This document shows, in pieces, positions 26,885 through 34,127 of a DNA stretch of 40,870 bases; position 1 is the first letter of the stretch; each line of letters opens with the position of its first letter. Source of the DNA: a virus (taxonomy: Duplodnaviria; Caudoviricetes); the IMG/VR virus record IMGVR_UViG_3300049172_000078, positions 1 to 40,870 of that record, one strand, 5' to 3'. The position numbers were made by a program, and so were the translations under genes. The notes beneath the pieces were generated by a model. That model was not told where the DNA came from, did no database searches, and was given only the letters and a program-made list of their open reading frames with translations.

Positions 26885-27148
26885 TTGGACGCCACCACCC
26901 TCGGCAGCCTGCTGGTTGGTGTGGGCGCGGTCGTCGGCGGCGTGGTGGCGTACCTCGGGAAGAGAGGCGAGAACGCCCTCACGGGCTATTCGTCGCTCAC
27001 CAACGACCTTCAGGAAGAGCGCGACGCTCTGAAGGCGGAGCGGACCGAGCTGAACGCGAAGCTCGCCGAACTGTCCGCGCTACGGGCCGCTGACCAAGCG
27101 GAGATTGCCCGGCTCCGCGCACTCATTCCACCCGGAGGACAACCGTGA
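26885..27148 (+). CDS. Membrane-anchored coiled-coil protein (lysis cassette)
   Basis: AGGAG RBS, TTG start, N-terminal TM, heptad-like tail. Confidence 0.7.
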   Translation: MDATTLGSLLVGVGAVVGGVVAYLGKRGENALTGYSSLTNDLQEERDALKAERTELNAKLAELSALRAADQAEIARLRALIPPGGQP

Positions 27149-27846
27149 CCCGGACAGAGCGGGCCCTTGCCCGGCGTTGGCGCCCGGTGGCGCTGCTGTG
27201 CTGGCTGGTCGCCCTGTCCGGTGCGGTCGTCCTCATATGGAGCCGCATCGACGCCGAGGCGACCGCACGACAGGAAGCGGTCGCAGAGGCGAACCGCCGT
27301 GGCGAGGCAGTCAGCACGCTCGCTACGGACGTGCGGCAGCTGCGGGCGCAGGTGCGGAGCGAGGGACAAACCCCCGTCGCCCCGGATCCGTCCGAGGCGG
27401 TGGACGACTTGCCCGACAGGGCCGAGGTGCCCGTGCCCATCCCCGGCCAGAAGGGCGACCCCGGACGACCGGGCACCGACGGTGAACCCGGCACCGATGG
27501 CCCACCCGGCGACGACGGCGCACCCGGAACACCGGGCCAGAACGGCGAGCCCGGCACCCCGGGCGCGGACGGTGCGCAGGGGCCGGCCGGACCGGAGGGC
27601 CCGCAGGGACCACCCGGCACGCAGGGCCCGCAGGGTGAACAGGGCCCGCAAGGTGAGCAAGGCCCTCGCGGTGAGCAGGGACCGCCCGGACCGGACTGCC
27701 CCGATGGGTACTCGCTTCAGGCCCCGAGCTGGGACCCGGACGCGCTCGTGTGTCGCCGCGATGGTGCACCACAACCGAGCCCCGACGACGGGGGCCTGCT
27801 GCCGCTGGCTACTGCGCTCGATCCCACGCGCCGCCAGTACGCCTGA
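27145..27846 (+). CDS. Membrane-anchored collagen-like protein
   Basis: N-terminal TM, coiled coil, 28 consecutive Gly-X-Y triplets, C-terminal Cys pair. Confidence 0.85.
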   Translation: MTRTERALARRWRPVALLCWLVALSGAVVLIWSRIDAEATARQEAVAEANRRGEAVSTLATDVRQLRAQVRSEGQTPVAPDPSEAVDDLPDRAEVPVPIPGQKGDPGRPGTDGEPGTDGPPGDDGAPGTPGQNGEPGTPGADGAQGPAGPEGPQGPPGTQGPQGEQGPQGEQGPRGEQGPPGPDCPDGYSLQAPSWDPDALVCRRDGAPQPSPDDGGLLPLATALDPTRRQYA

Positions 27847-28605
27847 TCAACCGCGCTGTGGAACCTGCCCGTAAATGGCCACCCACCGGTCACCGCGCAT
27901 GATGACGTCCGCCGTCTCAACAGCCCGGCCGGTGGCCTGGTCGTAGTACGTCCGCTCGACGAACAGGACGGGTCCGGGCGGGGTCATGCCGAGGGCCTGC
28001 GCCTCCTGCCGGGACGCCATCCTTGAGCGCACCCGCTCGACGGGGTCGCCGACCTCGATGCCGAGCACCCGCATGCGCGCGGCCACCCCGACACCGGCGT
28101 ACGGTCCAACCTCGGGCAGGGCGACGAGGGACTGCCCGGTGAGGGCGAGGGGCTCCCACGACTCGGCGAGTTGCACGGGCCGCTCGTCGGCGAGGTAGAC
28201 GTACGAGGTGTGCATGACCGGGTCCCCGGCCGTGATGCCGAGCCGGGCGGCCACGGTCTCGGAGGCCTGCTCGGTGGTGGACTCGTGCCGCCACGTGCCG
28301 ACCGCGCCCTGCTCAGCGGCGCCCTGCGCGAACGGTGAGTCTTCGCTGCGGCGCCGGTGCCGGCGCACCAGCAGCTCGGGCGTCTCGGGGCCGCGGACGT
28401 AGTGGCCGACGCCGTGCCGGGAGACGACTAGGCCGTCATCGACGAGCAGCTTGTAGGCGCGGCTGGCCACGGAGTTGCTGCCGCCGTACTGCTGGATGAG
28501 TTCGGCGACGGATGGGAGGCGGGCGCCGGGCGCGAGTTCGCCGGTGGAGATGAGGGCGCGCAGCTCTTCGGCTACGCGCAGGTACAGCGGCGGCTCGGTG
28601 CTCAC
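27847..28605 (-). CDS. GntR/HutC-type regulator with UTRA domain
   Basis: PLYLRVAEELR...LAPGARLPS wHTH, G.GHYV, UTRA-like C-terminus; GGGAGG RBS. Confidence 0.92.
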   Translation of the reverse strand: MSTEPPLYLRVAEELRALISTGELAPGARLPSVAELIQQYGGSNSVASRAYKLLVDDGLVVSRHGVGHYVRGPETPELLVRRHRRRSEDSPFAQGAAEQGAVGTWRHESTTEQASETVAARLGITAGDPVMHTSYVYLADERPVQLAESWEPLALTGQSLVALPEVGPYAGVGVAARMRVLGIEVGDPVERVRSRMASRQEAQALGMTPPGPVLFVERTYYDQATGRAVETADVIMRGDRWVAIYGQVPQRG

Positions 28606-28649
28606 TGTCCGCCTCCCTTCTGTGTGACCTGCGTGACAGAGTAGTGCTG

Positions 28650-28691
28650 CTCTCGCTACTCTCGTACGAGAGTCATTCTCTCGCACGAGAG
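28650..28691. promoter_or_regulatory. Palindromic operators of the GntR divergon
   Basis: Perfect ACTCTCGTACGAGAGT (28658-28673), near-perfect CTCTCGCACGAGAG (28678-28691), half site at 28650. Confidence 0.75.
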
Positions 28692-28709
28692 CGGGGATGT
28701 GCTGTGCCT

Positions 28710-28937
28710 ATGAGTCTGCGAGCAGCGGCGTTACGAGCCGCGCTGGAACGGGCCCTCGACGAGCCTGTCCACCTGCTCGCGCTTGAAGGCCGCCTCCGCT
28801 TCCACACCGCGGCGCCAGACCCGCAGGACGAATCCACGTGGCGGGCCGTCATGCCTGCGCTTGCGAGCGCGGACCGGTGGGGCAGCTGCGACACGACGGA
28901 CGTCCCGGAGATCTGGGCCGAGATCCACGAGGGGTAG
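28710..28937 (+). CDS. Hypothetical protein with early TTA codon
   Basis: ORF divergent from GntR; TTA at 28731. Confidence 0.6.
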   Translation: MSLRAAALRAALERALDEPVHLLALEGRLRFHTAAPDPQDESTWRAVMPALASADRWGSCDTTDVPEIWAEIHEG

Positions 28938-28940
28938 CAG

Positions 28941-29291
28941 ATGGGCAACACCACAGAGATCACCCCACAGGCCATAGCGGAGTTGGCCGTGCCTGACCTG
29001 GCCGCGCTGACCGATGCCCAGGTAGAGGGGCGGGTGTGCGTCTGGGACCGGCACGAGGAGCCGCTCACCGGCGAGATGGCCGTAGACCTCGGCGAGCGCA
29101 TGACGGAGGTGGACGGGACCACGTCGCCGATGCGCTGGTTCCCCCGCGGCTGCCGACGCCATGTCGGCGAACACGCATACCTTGCGCTGTTCGACCACAC
29201 GCTGGAGACCTGCGAGTCATGCAGGGGCAGTGACACCTGCGACATCGGCCGCGCGCTGCTGCGCCTGTTCCTGCGGCGGGGGTGGCTGTGA
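28941..29291 (+). CDS. Hypothetical Cys/His-rich protein
   Basis: GAGGGG RBS; CVW, CRRH, H..CESC...C. Confidence 0.7.
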   Translation: MGNTTEITPQAIAELAVPDLAALTDAQVEGRVCVWDRHEEPLTGEMAVDLGERMTEVDGTTSPMRWFPRGCRRHVGEHAYLALFDHTLETCESCRGSDTCDIGRALLRLFLRRGWL

Positions 29292-29491
29292 CCCGGCGAG
29301 TGGAGGTCATGGAGCCCGCGCCGATGGTCGGCGTGCCGATGCCCGAACCGGACCCGGTGCACGACTGCGCGGAGTGCCGGGCGTTGGCCCGCCAGCGAGA
29401 GACAGCGAGGCAGGAGCGCGATCACACCACCGTCAGCGACTGCAACGTCAAGATCCGCCGCCACCCCCACGGCATACCGAAAGACTCCTGA
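29288..29491 (+). CDS. Small CxxC protein
   Basis: P.P...CAEC.AL..QR..AR...SDCNV.IR.HPH pattern; GTGA overlap. Confidence 0.7.
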   Translation: MTRRVEVMEPAPMVGVPMPEPDPVHDCAECRALARQRETARQERDHTTVSDCNVKIRRHPHGIPKDS

Positions 29492-29750
29492 CCTCCGGTG
29501 CCGGTGCGTCGCCGACCGTGTCGGCGCCGGGAGGGCGTGGCCGTCCCTGCCCCCCGTCGGGGGCGGCCACCCCTGGGCGCTGCTGCCCTCCTTTCCAGCA
29601 GCGCCCAGAGACCGCGGATCACCTGCTGCCGATCGAGGCGGGCCCGCACTGACGGGGGCGGCGGGCTGGCGCCGCGCTTCACCGCGGCACCAGCCCAGCG
29701 TGCGGCCATCCGCTTCACCGGGTGGCCGCACGTCACCGCACGAGTGCGGC
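29492..29750. repeat. Hairpin array (left), possible terminators or ncRNA
   Basis: Adjacent stems 29492-29534, 29537-29570, 29573-29608, 29663-29696, 29699-29732. Confidence 0.55.
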
Positions 29751-29769
29751 AGGTGCCGTGGCAGGTCGC

Positions 29770-30006
29770 TCACGTCACCAGCTCCGACAGCGGCACGCCG
29801 ATCACGCGGGCAAGTCGAATGAGTGTGTCCAGGGTGGGGGACTGCTGCCCCTGCTCGATACGTACGACGGATGGTCGGTCGATTTCGGCGGCTAACGCCA
29901 CGCGTTCCTGCGTGAGGTTGGCGTTGATCCGTGCGGCACGTATGCGCTCGCCTACCTGCCTGCGTTCCTGGAGGACCCAGTCGGGCGGGGGCGAGGCTGA
30001 GGGCAC
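29770..30006 (-). CDS. XRE-family HTH regulator (contains TTA codon)
   Basis: GERIRAAR...LTQERVA...IEQG...PTLDTLIRLA; TTA = Leu38. Confidence 0.9.
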   Translation of the reverse strand: MPSASPPPDWVLQERRQVGERIRAARINANLTQERVALAAEIDRPSVVRIEQGQQSPTLDTLIRLARVIGVPLSELVT

Positions 30007-30039
30007 TCTGCCACCGTGATCGTTTCATGATCGAATGTC

Positions 30040-30059
30040 TGTAGGGGTTGACCTACATT
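30040..30059. promoter_or_regulatory. Putative operator and -10 box of the XRE divergent promoter
   Basis: TGTAGG-N6-CCTACA palindrome overlapping TACATT (30054-30059). Confidence 0.5.
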
Positions 30060-30063
30060 GAAT

Positions 30064-30425
30064 GATCTTGCTGGAAGAGGGAAACCGCTTGTGGCGCGCC
30101 ACCCCCCAGCGTGATCGGCCCTCGGCACCCCGCAAGGTCTGAGGGCCCGGGCGGCAGGAAGCGTTCGCGCGTCCGCTCCTGCCGTCCACGCTCTGATCCG
30201 CTCAGAGCGTGCCGCCCCGCCCCAATACGGGGCGGGGCGGTCTACGTTGTACGTGCACGAGGCCCCCGCCGACTGTTGCGGCGGGGGCCTCGGCCTGCGG
30301 GCCCAACCTCCCCGAAGGGCACCGCAGGATGATGCGAGCGCGCGTCTGGCGCGTGTGGGGAGCCACGCCAGCCCTCGCAACCAGCACTGTAAGCGCATAA
30401 ATGCGGGGTGCCACTACCCCAGCTG
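30064..30425 (+). ncRNA. Putative highly structured ncRNA (hairpin array, right)
   Basis: About nine back-to-back stems, GAAA/GCAA/UUCG tetraloops and G-U pairs on + strand, no credible ORF. Confidence 0.55.
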
Positions 30426-30444
30426 AGTGAATGATCCATGGGGA

Positions 30445-30466
30445 TGTGGCATCCATGTGGCATTCG
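30445..30466. repeat. Integrase arm-type sites (left arm)
   Basis: TGTGGCATCCA and TGTGGCATTCG, 11-bp period. Confidence 0.7.
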
Positions 30467-30476
30467 ATCATGAAAG

Positions 30477-30507
30477 AGGCCCCTCGTTCGAATGGAACGA
30501 GGGGCCT
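30477..30507 (-). terminator. Terminator downstream of the tRNA half
   Basis: 13-bp perfect stem AGGCCCCTCGTTC / GAACGAGGGGCCT followed by CTTT on minus strand. Confidence 0.75.
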
Positions 30508-30534
30508 GTAGCTCTCTGACCTGCTACTTCGGTC

Positions 30535-30578
30535 GTGCCCCCGGCAGGATTCGAACCTGCGACACCCGCTTTAGGAGA
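30535..30578 (-). other. attP: attP common core: 3' half of tRNA-Arg(CCT)
   Basis: Minus strand TCTCCTAAAGCGGGTGTCGCAGGTTCGAATCCTGCCGGGGGCAC: anticodon loop, T-arm, acceptor strand; no 5' half; next to int. Confidence 0.88.
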
Positions 30579-30590
30579 AAGCGTGCATCA

Positions 30591-30693
30591 TCCGTGAGCC
30601 TCAGTGAGGATGAGTGAGCCTCGGTGAGTCTCGGTTCGCAGGGGCATGACCTGCACAAACTAGCGTCAGTGAGTCTCAGTGAGGGTCAGTGAG
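30591..30693. repeat. 10-bp-period TCAGTGAG-like repeats (putative Xis sites)
   Basis: Copies at 30591, 30601, 30611, 30621 and 30666, 30676, 30686. Confidence 0.7.
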
Positions 30694-30700
30694 GGGGTGT

Positions 30701-30732
30701 TGTGGCATCCATGTGGCATCTGCGTGGCATCC
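30701..30732. repeat. Integrase arm-type sites (right arm)
   Basis: Three (T/C)GTGGCATC copies at 30701, 30712, 30723. Confidence 0.75.
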
Positions 30733-30736
30733 GGCC

Positions 30737-32020
30737 TCACACCGCCTTGAGGATTCGAACGCCGGCCTTGGGTTCGGGAGCCATGGCCGAGAGCACCTGG
30801 GCCGCCACGTCCTCCGCCGAGTGCTGGTAAAGCCACGTCACCTTCGACCCGCGGTCGTGACCCATGACCGTCTGCACGTCCTTCTCAGGGACGCCGAGAT
30901 CCTTCAACCGGGTAGCGAACACGTGCCGCAGATCATGCACCCGCGGCCACCACTCATCCCGCCCCGTCTCCGGGTTCGTCACCTTCCGAGCCAGGCCCGC
31001 AGCCTGAATCGCCGGGATCCACGTTCGCCGGAAGTTGTGCCGGGTGAGAGCCCCACCGAGGGGGCCGCGGAACACCAACTCGTCCGCGTGCAAGTCCCGA
31101 CCGTCCCCGATAGGCGAGACGGTGTCGACCGGCTTGAAGCGGGCAGCCATCGTCTCAACTGCTTCGACAGCCTCCGGAGTGAGCGGGACCGTACGGAAGC
31201 CGGCCGCCGACTTGGGCGCAGCCTTCCGGAACAGCGTCCCCCGGTCCTCACTGAGCACTTCCTTCACCTTGAGGTGGTGCGCCTCCAGGTCAACGTGAGC
31301 CCACCGAAGGCCGGTTGCCTCACCCCACCGCAGGCCAGTCTCCTCAAGGAACACGGCGAGCGGCCGGTACCACGAGGGCATGTGCTGGCGGATGAGCGCG
31401 CACTGCGCGCGGGTCGGTGGCCTGGTGTCCTCGGCGTCCTTCTTCGGCGGCGGGGTCAGCTGGACCTCGGAGGCCGGGTTGTACGGGATCCTCCTGCCAT
31501 CCCGGACCGCATCCCGAAGCATCTGATTCAGCAGCTCGAGCACCTTGCGCCGGGTGTGGTGGCCCTTGACTTCGGACGTGAACCACTTCTGCAACTCGAT
31601 GTACTCGAGGTCGCACAAACGCCAGCGTCCCCAGCGCGGTTCGATGTGGGCCCGCCACGCGGACAGCTTCCTGTTCGTGGTCGTGACCGCTCGAGTCGGC
31701 TGCGCCGGCCACCACAGATCCCACCACTGGCCGAGGGTGATCTCACCGCGACGGGGGTCGGCGTACTCCCGGCGGCGCACCCGGGATCGGACCTCGTCGA
31801 GGAAGGCCTCAGCGGCGCGCTTGCCGCCGTCCGCGATCGGGTAGCACTTCTGTTTCTGCTTCCCGTCAGGGTCCCGGTAGCGAGCCTGCCAACTGCCGGT
31901 GCAGTCTCGACGCCGGTTGCGCTCGCCGTACTGCTCGGGTGGGTACTGTTCCATGCACTTCGGGCAGCCACATGATTTCGCCCGCAGCTGCCGCGGGTTG
32001 TTCGAGGCCCTACGCCCCAT
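30737..32020 (-). CDS. int: Tyrosine integrase
   Basis: TGLRWGE, PKS, HDLRH, MGH, catalytic Y in LYQH. Confidence 0.96.
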   Translation of the reverse strand: MGRRASNNPRQLRAKSCGCPKCMEQYPPEQYGERNRRRDCTGSWQARYRDPDGKQKQKCYPIADGGKRAAEAFLDEVRSRVRRREYADPRRGEITLGQWWDLWWPAQPTRAVTTTNRKLSAWRAHIEPRWGRWRLCDLEYIELQKWFTSEVKGHHTRRKVLELLNQMLRDAVRDGRRIPYNPASEVQLTPPPKKDAEDTRPPTRAQCALIRQHMPSWYRPLAVFLEETGLRWGEATGLRWAHVDLEAHHLKVKEVLSEDRGTLFRKAAPKSAAGFRTVPLTPEAVEAVETMAARFKPVDTVSPIGDGRDLHADELVFRGPLGGALTRHNFRRTWIPAIQAAGLARKVTNPETGRDEWWPRVHDLRHVFATRLKDLGVPEKDVQTVMGHDRGSKVTWLYQHSAEDVAAQVLSAMAPEPKAGVRILKAV

Positions 32021-32258
32021 GCTGCACCACCTGCTCGTTCCTCCGCTGTTGAGGTATGCGGGGGGTCAGGTCGACCGGATCCCCACACCAGCAGACTGCA
32101 CCGAGCTCGGGCTGTTCGACGACGAGTTCGCGAAGGATGGCGCGTACGAGTGTGACCGTGTGTGGGGGCGTGAGGTCACGCGGAATGCTGATGGTTCTGG
32201 CGTCGGCATCGAAGCCGGGAAGCGCGTCGGGCGGAACGAACCGAACGCGGACACACAT
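32010..32258 (-). CDS. Hypothetical protein between repressor and integrase
   Basis: MCVRVRFV...CWCG; overlaps the int start. Confidence 0.65.
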   Translation of the reverse strand: MCVRVRFVPPDALPGFDADARTISIPRDLTPPHTVTLVRAILRELVVEQPELGAVCWCGDPVDLTPRIPQQRRNEQVVQHGA

Positions 32259-32443
32259 GAACACCCCCAGGAACGCAGGTAAGACCGGGCCTGCACCGAT
32301 GGGGGAGGACATCGGGCGTGCGACTGACCGTACCTCCGTCTGGTGGAATTTTCGACCAGTGGTGAGCGTGTTGTTGCGGAAGACTCACCGAGAGTGAGCA
32401 GGTCTGATCCAAGTCAGACTGGCCAGTACGGCAGCCGGTGGTC

Positions 32444-32815
32444 CTACTGCCCCGTCCGATTCATTTCAGTCACCGCGCGCAACTGCGCCTCGATCATGCG
32501 CTGTTGCTCGTCGGTCAGGGCGCGGTACAGCTCGAGGACGCGGCTCTCTGCCTCGGGGCTGAGGGGGCCTGGGGACTGGCGGCCGGCTGCTTGGAAGATC
32601 TCGTCTTCGCTGAACTTGGGGAAGGCGGCGGCGAGTGCGCGCAGCGTTTCGGGGCGCACGCCCCGTTTTCCGCCTCTGGTTCTGCGCGTCCAGCTGTTGA
32701 CGGTTGCGGGGGCGACGCCGATGCGGCGCGCGATCTCGCTCTCGTTGACGTCGTATTCGTCTTTGAGTCGAGCGAGGAGCTGCGCCAGATCCTCAGTGCG
32801 CTCGGGGTCTGCCAC
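32444..32815 (-). CDS. Immunity repressor (XRE HTH)
   Basis: ESEIARRIGVAPATVNSW HTH; divergent from cro-like gene, upstream of int. Confidence 0.85.
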   Translation of the reverse strand: MADPERTEDLAQLLARLKDEYDVNESEIARRIGVAPATVNSWTRRTRGGKRGVRPETLRALAAAFPKFSEDEIFQAAGRQSPGPLSPEAESRVLELYRALTDEQQRMIEAQLRAVTEMNRTGQ

Positions 32816-32836
32816 GTGCTAAGGGTCGCCTATGAT

Positions 32837-33028
32837 CTTCTACTTTTGCAAGCCAAAGTAGAAGCGCGCCGCAGCATTGGCGCGTTCTGAACGCGCCCAG
32901 TAGCCTCCCCGCTACGTGACGTCGCCCGTGTCATATGCATCCACGCTAGAACACGCTTTCGATTTCTACCACCCTCACTGAAACTCACTGTCACTCACTT
33001 GACCTCACTGACACTGACACAGTAGAAA
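32837..33028. promoter_or_regulatory. Lysis/lysogeny switch region with operators
   Basis: CTTCTACTTT-N8-AAAGTAGAAG (32837-32864), SOS-box-like 32947-32962, CTCACTG-like x4 at 10-bp period (32974-33010), GTAGAAA at 33022. Confidence 0.75.
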
Positions 33029-33082
33029 TGTGTCAACGGCACCGCAGGGTGTCGCGCAGTCCCCGACAGGTGCGAGGCCCAC

Positions 33083-33391
33083 ATGACCGACCTGATCCGC
33101 AAGGGTGAAGGCAAGCCACTCAGAGACGCCATGCGGCGCCACGGGGTGACGCAGGCCGAACTCGCCGCACGAACCCAAGAGGTCGACGTGCGCGGACAGG
33201 GCGTGAGCGTCGCAACCGTCGTGAAGGTCACCGGATCCGGCCGGACCGCGGCCGAGAAGTGCCGGCTGCGGACCGCGTGGCTCATAACGACCGCGCTCGA
33301 CGAACCCCTCCAGCAGCACTTCGACATGCCTTCAGTTTCTACTGACACAGTGGAAAGGTGTAAAGACCATGGCGACTCAGACCCTCGCTGA
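33083..33391 (+). CDS. Cro-like HTH regulator
   Basis: LRDAMRRHGVTQAELA...GVSVATV; first gene of the rightward early operon. Confidence 0.8.
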   Translation: MTDLIRKGEGKPLRDAMRRHGVTQAELAARTQEVDVRGQGVSVATVVKVTGSGRTAAEKCRLRTAWLITTALDEPLQQHFDMPSVSTDTVERCKDHGDSDPR

Positions 33392-33599
33392 GCGCACCGA
33401 GACGCTCGCCCCCACCGGGCTCGCCCCCCTGCTCACCACCGCACAGCTCATGGCCCGCTACGGCGTCTCGAACTGGACGGTCAACCAGTGGGTGATCAAG
33501 GGCTGCCCCGTCGAGCCGACGGCCATGCGCGGCCGGCGCTTCGACCCGGAGGCCGTCCGCAAGTGGATGGCCAAGCAGGCCGAGCAGATCACCGCCTGA
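33369..33599 (+). CDS. xis: Excisionase / RDF-like winged HTH
   Basis: LLTTAQL...YGVS.WTV..W...G.P......RRF....V..W. Confidence 0.75.
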   Translation: MATQTLAERTETLAPTGLAPLLTTAQLMARYGVSNWTVNQWVIKGCPVEPTAMRGRRFDPEAVRKWMAKQAEQITA

Positions 33600-33692
33600 C
33601 CCCCCCCATGACGCGCCGAAGGGCCGCCCGCTTGTCCGGCTCGGCGACCCCTCGTTCGGCGCCCCTACCAACCACAGAAAGAGAGGCCACCG

Positions 33693-34127
33693 ATGGCCAC
33701 ATTGTTGCAGAGCAGCGGCAGGGTTCTCCCGCTGCACCAGGCGCCGCAGGCGCGGCCGACGACCGTGCCCGGCGTGTACCGGGCGGCGGCTCGGCTGCTC
33801 GCCGTGAACGGCCTGTGCCAGGGCGACTTCGTGCCGGACGCGATGGACCGGGAGATGTGCATCCCGCACGCGCTGCGTCCGATGTCGATCGTGGCCGCGC
33901 TGAAGTGCGTGACGACCGGCGACCCGCACCGCACGTCGCTGCTGTCGGACGAGGCGATCGCCGTGCTGGCGTTGCGGCTGGAGGTCGACGGGGAGGGTCC
34001 GCTGTTCGGCGGCATCTTCGACTTGGAGGCGCACGTCGACGCGTGGGGCGACGTCGAGTCGCGCACCACGGAGTCGGCGGTTGCGGTGCTGGAGGCGGCG
34101 GCCGACGCGAACGAGGTGGCGGCATGA
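33693..34127 (+). CDS. Hypothetical protein (DUF6197-like)
   Basis: AARLL...GLCQG...V.AW.D...RT...V.VLE.AA pattern. Confidence 0.65.
   Translation: MATLLQSSGRVLPLHQAPQARPTTVPGVYRAAARLLAVNGLCQGDFVPDAMDREMCIPHALRPMSIVAALKCVTTGDPHRTSLLSDEAIAVLALRLEVDGEGPLFGGIFDLEAHVDAWGDVESRTTESAVAVLEAAADANEVAA

Noticed and set aside
28673-30028. 451-aa minus-strand ORF and ORFs 29422-29736, 29498-30019, 30111-30471
   Set aside because: Arg/Pro/Ala-rich, no recognisable motifs, overlap better-supported genes or hairpin arrays
30023-30475. Retron msr/msd or DGR template
   Set aside because: Flanking inverted repeats are reminiscent, but no reverse transcriptase is encoded in the window
30535-30578. Complete tRNA gene
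   Set aside because: Only the anticodon loop to the 3' end is present; no D-arm or 5' acceptor strand, so it is called as the attP core
30689-31975. 428-aa plus-strand ORF
   Set aside because: Antisense to the integrase
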